Made by a program: the position numbers and the translations under genes. From Toensbergia leucococca (lineage: Eukaryota): 20,000 nucleotides of DNA. The stretch is from positions 183,639-203,638 of the forward strand of contig JALDZS010000020.1 of NCBI GenBank assembly GCA_022813965.1. Reading direction: 5' to 3'. Shown in pieces: positions 10,154 through 18,936 of the stretch. Each line of letters begins with the position of its first letter. The first letter of the stretch is position 1. The notes beneath the pieces are model-generated. The model searched no databases and was not told where the DNA came from. It was given only the letters and a program-made list of their open reading frames with translations.

Positions 10154-11498
10154 ATGGGCTCTCTACCGACGGCCGCACCACCGGTGACAGACTCCAGTGT
10201 TTATGACATCCACCACCAAACATTTACCAGTGCGGGTCTTCCTTCTGATGCCGACGCATGGATCCAAAGAGCTGTGCACGTTGCAGAAATCCTCGCCCAA
10301 GATGTATCGATCCGAGACAAGGAAAATAAATCCCCATTCGCCGAAGTATCCCTTCTCAAATCTTCTGGCCTGACTAAAGTAATGGGGCCATCCGAATACG
10401 GCGGAGGTAGGCAGACTTGGGAGATGGCGTATAAGATCATTAGAGAAATAGCAAAAGTCGATGGTTCCATTGGCATACTCCTTGGGTATCACCTTCTCTG
10501 GTCAACGACTGCCAACGTTGTTGGGACAGATGAGCAAAAAGAACGAACGCAGAAGCTGATAATCGAAAACAACTACTTTGTTGGTGGAGCCGTCAATCCA
10601 AGAGATAACGATCAGAAAATCACTGACGATGGTGATGCCATAATCTTCAGTGGATTCAAGCATTTCAACACAGGAGGCGTTGTGTCAGACCTGACTGTTT
10701 TGGAGGGAGTTTATGAAGGCACTGATCAACACATCTTTGCACTTGCACCAAGCAAGCAAGCGGCAATTCAATTCGCTCACAACTGGGATAACATCGGTCT
10801 CCGCCTAACTGAATCAGGAAGTGTTAAAATTGATGGTGTTCGAGTACCCTGGACGGACGCTTTGGGCTGGGATCCAAAGACAAAGGCACCCATTGAGTCA
10901 GTCCTGACGATCCCGTGGGCGTCACTCTTGCTGCCAACGTACATTCACCTTCCCTATCAACAAAACTTCAAGCTGATGGCCAAGCAGTATTCAATTAGTC
11001 TTTTCCAATTTCTATCTTGGCATTTCCGTTGGCGCTTTGACCTTTGCTTCGAAATACACCGCAAAAAACACCCGTGCCTGGCCCTATGGTGGAGACAACA
11101 AAGAAGCCGCAGCAGACGAGTTCTATATCCTTGAACGCTATGGCAATTTTCTGGCGCACCTCCGCGCGGCCGAGGCTCTTGCTGACAAGGCCGGTGCAAA
11201 AATTGCTGACATCTACACTCACCACAGTGAGAAGCGTGATATAACGGCAGCTGAGCGTGGTGAAGTTGCGGAATGGGTGGCTAGCATCAAGGTTGTTGCG
11301 ACTGACACAGGATTGCGGGTGACAAGCGGGGTATTCGAAGTAACTGGAGCCAGGGCTACGGGCGCGAAGGTGGGTATGGATCGGTTCTGGAGGGACATGC
11401 GGACACACACTCTGCATGACCCGGTAGCGTATAAGAATCGGGAATTAGGAAGGTACCAACTCCTCAATGAGATCCCTGAGCCAACATGGTATACTTAG
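10154..11498 (+). CDS. Acyl-CoA-dehydrogenase-fold FMNH2-dependent monooxygenase, DszC/SfnB/MsuC (sulfur-acquisition oxidoreductase) type; 1 intron (~10939-10988)
   Basis: Motifs DGSIGILLGYHLLW, SGFKHFNTGGVVSD, NWDNIGLRLTESGSV, LLLPT|IQLVFSNFYLGI, VFEVTGARAT, and C-terminal GMDRFWRDMRTHTLHDPV typical of DszC-like enzymes. Confidence 0.9.
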
Positions 11499-11724
11499 TG
11501 GCTGGATGAAGGCCCCGCTCAAGAGTTGTCAGTCATTGCACGTTCATATCTTGCGACGTTCAATTTACTAGTCGAAGGATTCAGATACTGTGGTTGACAC
11601 AAGGTTATGTAGCCGCTAAGAATACAAGCTTAATCCCAACTATTCTAAAGTGATGGCCTAGAAGCCGAAACCCCCACTATGCGGATATAAAAAGATGGAG
11701 GCTATGTACTCCGTACTGACACAC

Positions 11725-11895
11725 TGACACCCCTTTTTGGTACATTGACACCTCCTTTTGTTAAACAGCCTGCCATACTTTAGAGGAACGTCATTTAGAA
11801 AAGGATAGAACATGTTCACTTAGAACTGAACTTTCCTTCTCTAGAATAGAAAGATTTCTTTTTTTTGTCATCAATGAATCAAAAGGCGTTTGTGT
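11725..11895. mobile_element. Second copy of the MITE-like repeat; left end well preserved, right end degraded
   Basis: TGACACCCCTTTTTGGTACATTGACACC at 11725-11752, internal GAACATGTTC (~11808), and a weak inverted end TCAATGAATCAAAAGGCG (~11871-11888). Confidence 0.5.
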
Positions 11896-12316
11896 ATTGG
11901 TAGTCAAGATACATTGCATGCTGAATTTAGCCCTGAGAGTCATTCAGACAAGGCATTATACTCTAGTGCCTTCAAAGCTCATTAATTGACTTCTATGGAA
12001 TTTGGAAAGTCCCTCATCCATCGTTCGGGTGATTGGTGCAATTACCAAACCGTGCAGCCAGCCCCTCCACACTTGACTTCCATCGGCGTCGTTATGGTTT
12101 TATAACCTTCCTGGTTCGGAGATCACCCGTGATGGTGACATCTTAGCCCCAATTACACACGAAGACGTGATGTCTCATAGCTTCGACTACTCAGGCATCA
12201 CCTTACTGGAGTACGATGCGCCTGGCAATTAATCGAAGGGGCTGCCGATCGGATTAGGACGCTGGACGCTCTACCTACAATTTGATGTAGCTATCAATCC
12301 ACCGAGAGCTACGTCA

Positions 12317-13959
12317 ATGGCTCGAGTGAAGAGAGTCGCCGTCATAGGTGCTGGGCCTGCTGGTGCCAGTGCAGTTGATGCATTGGCGCAGGAAAAGGCT
12401 TTCGATGTCATCAGAGTCTTTGAACGACGAGAGAAAGCTGGAGGATGCTGGTGCGTGAAATTGAACATCCTCTCGAGTCACATCTACCCAATGTATCCTG
12501 ACTGACTTCAGCGATACTACTCCAGGCTTCTGGATCCAAAGGGACACAAGCAACAGATTCCAGACCTCGAGCGGATCGTTGACCGCACCGCCGATGCACC
12601 ACTTGCAATACCACACAATTTGCCTCGATATGCACCCCACGATCCACAATATCGCTTCTCAGATACTTCGATCTACGACTACCTCGAGACAAATATTGAT
12701 GCCAAAGTAATGGCTTTCTCCCAGGAGCCTTTCCCCGACGAGATGTCTGATGCCTCTTTACAAAAGTACGGAGCAGGTGCTCCCTTCAGGCATCAACGAG
12801 TAGTCTGCCAATACATAGAGGATTTACTCAATCGAAACGGATATCAAGATTTCGTCGAGTACAACACAACAGTCGAGCGTGTGGAAAAGGTCGAGGAGTC
12901 GAATGAGTGGAAAATCAGCCTACGCAAGGAAGGGCCAGCCAAGCAAAGTGACTACTGGTGGATCGAGTATTTTGATGCTGTCGTGGTTGCGAATGGGCAT
13001 TACAACGTGCCTTATATACCATATATCCCAGGTTTGGGCGAATTCCATAGAGCATATCCCACTAGTGTTGAACATACGAAATCCTTTCGTGGTCCTACGA
13101 AGTACAAGGGCAAGGTAAATCCTGCGACCCTCATCACTTGGTTTTCGCACTGACTATTTAAGAGAGTCGTCGTCGGCGCCTCGATTTCAGGACCAGATGT
13201 GGCAGCAGGCTTGGCTGGTATCGCGGAATCCCCAGTACATGCTGTCGTCCGCGGTCGATACCACCCTTACTTCGGAGACTGGGCGTTTCAAAACCCTCAT
13301 ATCCAGCGCCATGCTCCAGTATCCCACATCAGTAGCAGCAACGGTGACAGAACAGTATACTTTGAGGACGGCACTTCGTTGAGCAATATAGACTACATAA
13401 TTCTTGGTACTGGTTATTCGTGGACAATGCATTTCATGCCAGACATCGAGATCAGAAACAATCGTGTTGTAGATTTATATCTCCACATTTTTTACATGCA
13501 AGACCCAACTTTAGTATTCGTCGGTGGTGTAAGTACCCTTGCCCACTTCATCCCTTCCCTTACCTCACCTCCCCACTAATCCTTCTATCAACCCAGCTCG
13601 CAGCAGGCTTCACTTTTCAAGTCTACGAATGGCAAGCCGTCCTTGCCGCCCGCTTCCTCGCCTCCCGCATCACCCTCCCCGCAACGTCCGTCCAAAAAAA
13701 GTGGGAGCAAGACCGCATTGCTCTTAAAGGCGACGGCGTCCCTTTCACAGCCCTTTACCCAGATTTCGAAAATTACTTCGAACTGGTGAGAAAGATGGCT
13801 GGAGAACCGAGGGAAGGGCAGCCGGGGAGGAGGCTACCTGTTTTCGATAAGGGGCTGATAGAGAGATTTGAGAAGGGGCATGTGTTGAGGATAAGGCATT
13901 GGCAGAGGATGAATCGGGAGGCCGAGGAGCGGCTAAGTGTGGATGGGCCAAGGCTTTGA
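12317..13959 (+). CDS. Class B flavin-containing monooxygenase (FMO1/thiol-specific or dimethylaniline monooxygenase-like); 3 introns
   Basis: FAD motif VAVIGAGPAG and VFERREKAGGCW|. Also IYDYLETN, FDAVVVANGHY, FMO-fingerprint variant SVEHTKSFR, NADPH motif |RVVVGASISGPD, ILGTGY, and |LAAGFTFQVYEWQAVLAARF. C-terminus VDGPRL*. Confidence 0.92.
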
Positions 13960-14371
13960 TATATGGAAGGCGGATTGGTTACCAACTTGCATGCAGTTGA
14001 TAGCCAATTTGAGGATTTTAAGCTTCAATAAAGCTTGTTCAGACCCCGTTAGACGCGTTGCTGCATTGTTTTCGTCATACATCTTGGCATAACGGAAAAT
14101 CGGGCCGTTACACACCTACCTTACTTGATAGACAGCTGTGTTCTTTAGTTAAAAGATTAGATAGCAAAAAAGATTCGCTGATCCATTTCATGTCAATGAT
14201 GTTGTGTTTAAACCAAAGTATTGTGTAAAGATTGAGAATCCCTGTTTTAGGGTTCCCATGTCTTGGCGCTGATAAGAGCGATGTCTGCCGCACCTCCATA
14301 ATCCCCACCACCTCAATGGACACCCATTGATTGCACAAGGCCAAGCATTTCAGCTGATACCCAAGCCCACC

Positions 14372-15132
14372 ATGTCTACTGAGCCCCTCCTCCCTTCAGA
14401 TCGTGAACTTGCTCGCGATGCCGAAAATGATCACATCCACAAGCACATCCTTTGGTTTTCGCCATCCTCCCGCTCAGCCGCCTACCTCCAAAGCAGCCGC
14501 GGTACAGTTCAACGCTTCCTCGCCTCCAAATTCGGCCATTACGCCGTCTTACTTCTGGTCTCGCTGGATGTGAGCTGTATCTTTGCGGATTTCATAATTA
14601 GCTTATGGGTGTGTGAGCATTCGTGTGGGACGGGTAAGGAAGAGACAAAGGGGGCCAAGGACGCGCAGGCGGCATTGGGGATCGTTAGTTTGGTGTTTAC
14701 TTTCTTGTTCATGGCTGAATTGGTGGCTAGTGTTTGGGCTTTTGGGTTTGGGTAAGATTGATTTTTCTTTGCTTTTTTTTTTTTTGGCTGTCGTTGGTGT
14801 GAGATGGGTTGTCAATGGCACTTTTTTGCTGATGAAGAATGAGTAGGTATTTCAAGTCCAAGTTTCATTGCTTTGATGCCGCCATTATCATTGCCGGGTT
14901 CATCGTCGATGTCTGTTTGAAGAGTGTGCTGGACCAGATGGCGGAGGAGGTGGGCTCGATTATTGTGGTTTTGCGGCTGTGGCGGGTGTTTAAGATCATC
15001 GAGGAGTTTAGTGCTGGGGCGGAGGAGCAGTTGGACAAGATGGCGGAGAAGTTGGAGAAGTGTCAGATGGAGAATGCGGAGCTTAAGAAGGAAAATAGTT
15101 CTTTGAAGAAGGCGAATGAGAATAGGGGATAG
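14372..15132 (+). CDS. hv1: Voltage-gated proton channel Hv1 (voltage-sensor-only protein); intron 14752-14846
   Basis: S1 HYAVLLLVSLDVSCIFAD (candidate selectivity Asp), S2 FTFLFMAELV, S3 HCFDAAII...FIVD, S4 VVLRLWRVFKII (RxWRxx[R/K]). Ends in a coiled-coil-like tail (LDKMAEKLEKCQMENAELKKENSSL) with no pore domain. Confidence 0.9.
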
Positions 15133-15775
15133 GCTGTTGAGGTGAGGCATGGGGGTTAGAATTATGATACCCATGCCTTTCGATTTTCTATTGTTCCTAT
15201 GAGCTTTGCTCTTGTTCACACTTGAGCATTTTTTTTCGTTGTTAGAAACACTGATGAAGCCTTTCTTTCTTTGCACCTTTCTTTACCTTTTTCTTTGATA
15301 AATAGGTTTACATGGATACATTCAATGTAAATAGAGCACACAATACTGCGTATATATAGTTGACTACATGCCTAAGATTATTTGGCATCTTTATTTACTC
15401 TTTAATCGACCCTTCTTCTCTACCTCAAGTGATCTAGGCTGCCTTACCACAATAGGTGAGATTTCCATCAATAACCTAATCAAGGAATTAAAGGTTTTCC
15501 TGAAGTCACCAAAACACAGAATATTATTGCAAATACAACCCCTATTCCCACATACGACCACAGACTGAGGAATATTGGGCATCCCGTCCGCTCTGCCATA
15601 CACAAGACTCAGATCGGCTGATTAGTAGTTGGGTCGGTGACGACCAGCGAATCCCAGCTGTTGTATGTTACTCGCGATATTTTTTGATTTTCAATGGAGT
15701 TGAGGAATGGAATCAGGATGACGTGATTGATTTGAAAGGAAGATAGATTAGCATGAGAATTGATAAGAAGAAATC

Positions 15776-15866
15776 AAAATGGGGGTGTTTATGTATCAAA
15801 AAGGGGTGTCAACCTATTAGCTCCCTATCGAAAATGGGTGTAGGATTATCCAAATGGGGTGTAGGA
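15776..15866. repeat. Solo terminus of the MITE-like repeat (reverse orientation) plus short direct repeats AAATGGG(G)TGTAGGA
   Basis: 15784-15811 reverse-complements to TGACACCCCTTTTTGATACATAAACACC. AAATGGGTGTAGGA at 15832-15845 and AAATGGGGTGTAGGA at 15852-15866. Confidence 0.55.
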
Positions 15867-15970
15867 ATAATAGGAGCCTTTTATATTAATATCATTATCT
15901 AACTTCTTAATAATCTCACATTTGTATGATGTATCTTTTATCAGAAAAGAAATAGTATTACAACGCTCTC

Positions 15971-17509
15971 TCAACCATCTGCTGATTCTACCATGATTCT
16001 CTTAGCGATTAGCGGGCTAGCTTCATTGATCCGCTCATATTGATGTGCGTCTAGACATGCCTGCCTTGAGGCCAGAACAGAGGGTTTAGAGCGTGCGTAC
16101 ATCTCGCCCTCATAGGCCACTATCGCTTTTTGCACCGCCTTCAATATATCATGTACGGGAGGATACGAAGAATTTCTAAAGCACTGAATATGGGGAAGGA
16201 GCTGATGAAGGAAACTCCAGATATCCATGATAGCCTGATTGGCGTTTTCGCCACGGACTAATATAGTTAGTGCTATGATCCCAACGGATTTCGCAAAACT
16301 GACAGATAAAGAATGAAAAAGATAGGCAAGAACAGAATCCCGCACGTACACATTACCATGGCATGGGCCGCATCACCTATTAGGGCAACCCTACCAGCAC
16401 TATAGCCTCGCTGCTGAGGAACCCAGTCCTGTAATACAACAGATCTCGCCTCTGTGTCATTAGGAACATCTTGGACTATGGAGCGGAAGGGTTCCGTCCA
16501 AGATGCAGAGATGTTTTTCATAAGAGTGAGACGTTCGGAGTTTTCCGGGGGAACCTCTAGAGGCAGTGGAGCATTGAGAAAGCCGGGACGGTGCGGCCAT
16601 GAGACTATGACTTGGCAAATGTATGGCTTTGTGGCTTGCACATTATCGGATGGCACGTCAAGAATTGTAATAGAGTCAGGGTTCTGATTGCTCGCCTTCT
16701 AGCTTCACACTATGGGGACATGCAGCTGAACCAAAGATATGCATCACTTCTTGGATCACTCCCGTGGAGGAAGAACGGGTCAAGTTCCCGAATCTTCTCT
16801 ACCTGACTGGTAGAGTAGGGTACACCGACACCTAGCATCCGGATAGGCAGCTCGTAGTTCTGGTAACTAGACGGGAAACAAGTTCTTCGTACGCTAGAGT
16901 AGATGCCATCGCAGCCAACGACAAGGTCGGCCATGCACGAGGTACCGTCATCGAAGTGAGCACTCATGGATTCATCGTAGATGTTCAGATTCGCCAGGCG
17001 CTTGGACCACTAGGGAATGACAGAGATGTCAGCGAACATCCCTAATTCAACCTCAGACGGCGCACTATGATGGAGCTAGCATTTGCTAACGCGCTTGATC
17101 TACCTACACCTCATAGTCAATCAGTACTTGCCTTCACATCAATGCCACTCATCAACAATTTCATTAGTCTCTCACGGCTAACTCTAATCCTCTTGTTTGG
17201 CGGCACCTTCCATCTTACCTCACCGCTGTTCAGGTCGTAAAAGGCGAAGTTTCCAATCTCACCCTTATTCACGGCTTCTTTATTGACATATGTTTCTGGC
17301 AAGCGTTCCTGGAGCTCCTGTGGTAGCAGATCAAGGAAGGCGGGTAATGCCCAGTGAATTGTCAGTCCCCATCCTGCGCCTCGAGATAGGAGGGAGTCGT
17401 CTTGCTCAACAATCTGAAATGGGATTCCCTCTTTGAGGAGCGCCTGTGCCAGAGTGAGGCCACTAATGCCTGCACCAACAATAAGAATAGGAGTGTACGT
17501 AGAGGCCAT
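15971..17509 (-). CDS. Class A FAD-dependent monooxygenase (aromatic hydroxylase/UbiH-like); 3 introns; possibly defective because the intron 2 acceptor reads CAA
   Basis: ILIVGAGISGLTLAQAL, GWGLTIHWAL, RIRVSRERL, |WSKRL, DLVVGCDGIYSSVRR, GRVALIGDAAHAMVM|FRGENANQAIMD, SRQACLDAH. The GxGxxG, DG and GD fingerprints are all present. Confidence 0.82.
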
Positions 17510-17974
17510 GATGGGTTTTGTTCGTAAGGAGAGTAGTGAGGTAGCAATTTTGGTTTACCTCAGTACCTTAATCTATTGGAGTGGGTCCTCCTGGGCCCCA
17601 CCATCACTGCCTAACAGGTACTAATTAGATTCAACTGATTGTTTGGCCATAGTTCCTAAGTCTCTTTCCGAATCATCTATCAGATTGTGGATCCGATGAT
17701 TGATGATTAGAACAGAAGATGTCTGTTACGAGTTTTGAGTCGTCTGTTGTTATGTTGTGTTTATGGCAGTAGACCTCCCGGAGGATCATTGATCCGTGCC
17801 TACACATACTAAGTAATTCTGTAGAACGTCAGTTAGATCCTTCCTACTAAGCCAATGCAATTACTCGTAACATACCTCCATGACAAGATCTTGTTCTAAG
17901 AAATGTTACAACCAATCCCTTGGTTTTGACAGCAGATGCAGCATTATCACTCGAGATACCAAGTCTGATCTAAG

Positions 17975-18482
17975 TCATAATGGTTTCTTCCCAGCCGCAA
18001 TTGCAAAGCTAAGAAACAGCGCCTTTCCGTCGTCATACTGCTCTCTGATAATCTTCGCAAGTTCCCTCTTAACATCCTCTAAGCTCCCTGTCCAATCATT
18101 AATCATCGACTGAATTGCCGGGATCTTCCCCTCAAACCAAAACGTCAGAAAACTCTCTGTGCTCGGATGCGTATGCTGGACGGTGATAGTCTCTGACCTC
18201 ACGTCTCGCAACCCTACATCCCTTAGGGCCTTTTCCAGTTCCTGTGTGCTGTACCACGCAATTGCGACATGAGGTTTGGGGGCCTTGTATGTGGGGTCAA
18301 GAATGTGACAAGCTTTTGGCCATGCCTGGTTGGGGTCATTGTGGTAATGCCAGATACCAAAGCCAAGGACACCCCCAGGTTGGATTGCTCGGTACATGTC
18401 CTTAACAGCCGTCTGCGGGTCGGGCAAGAATTGGATCAGAAACGTATTCATGCAATCCAGAAGTGAGTAATAGCGTCGGGGC
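17975..18482 (-). pseudogene. C-terminal half of a class I SAM-dependent methyltransferase; N-terminal SAM-binding motif I not found
   Basis: TFLIQFLPDPQTAVKDMYRAIQPGGVLGFGIW resembles methyltransferase motifs II-III. The upstream frame hits TAG at 18502-18500 inside an inverted duplication. No LDxxxGxG-like motif was seen between there and the MFS stop at 18937. Confidence 0.62.
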
Positions 18483-18529
18483 CACCAGCCGCCCCGACGC
18501 TAGTACTCACTTCTGGATTGCATGAATAC
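18444..18529. repeat. 39-bp inverted repeat (1 mismatch) with an 8-nt loop
   Basis: GTATTCATGCAATCCAGAAGTGAGTAATAGCGTCGGGGC (18444-18482), loop CACCAGCC, GCCCCGACGCTAGTACTCACTTCTGGATTGCATGAATAC (18491-18529). The only mismatch is 18470/18503. Confidence 0.95.
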
Positions 18530-18936
18530 TGAGCGCATGGCTGAAGTGCTGGGTTTCAAGCTGGCCAGCCTGGGATGCATCCAAAAGCTGGGTCGACACA
18601 TTTGGTACAGTAGCTTGAGAAATTGACGATAGCTTATCACACCTTCATATTTCAGCTGTAGCCTAATGTGCTCAAAAGCAACACACAACCATTAATGGGT
18701 CATATGATAAGATCTGCGTGATAGCACAGGTGACTGCACCTCTCACTACATGCGCTCACAGAGTTCGATGATACAGGAGTACATTGGTGATAGCTCATAA
18801 TGTATGTCACCAGAGACTGATAATGTTGCGGGTGCTATTACATGCATATCAGAGCCTTGTTGCAGACAAATTGGTGCCACAAAACCTAGAAGGAATTCGC
18901 TGGCGCAATTGCAGGTGCAAACAGATCTCCTCGGAA

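Noticed and set aside
5090..11498. Bacterial contamination or very recent HGT as the source of the sfnG-like and dszC-like genes
   Set aside because: Both carry spliceosomal introns and are contiguous with typical fungal genes of similar base composition.
12132..12141. ATGGTGACAT as a CYS-3/MetR site
   Set aside because: One mismatch to ATGRYRYCAT; I saw no perfect consensus site in the cluster promoters, so it was not called as a feature.
14760..14790. Poly-T tract
   Set aside because: An ordinary homopolymer inside the Hv1 intron.
18530..18936. A missing methyltransferase 5' exon, or small ORFs of 62-86 aa
   Set aside because: No SAM-binding motif or convincing exon was seen on either strand.
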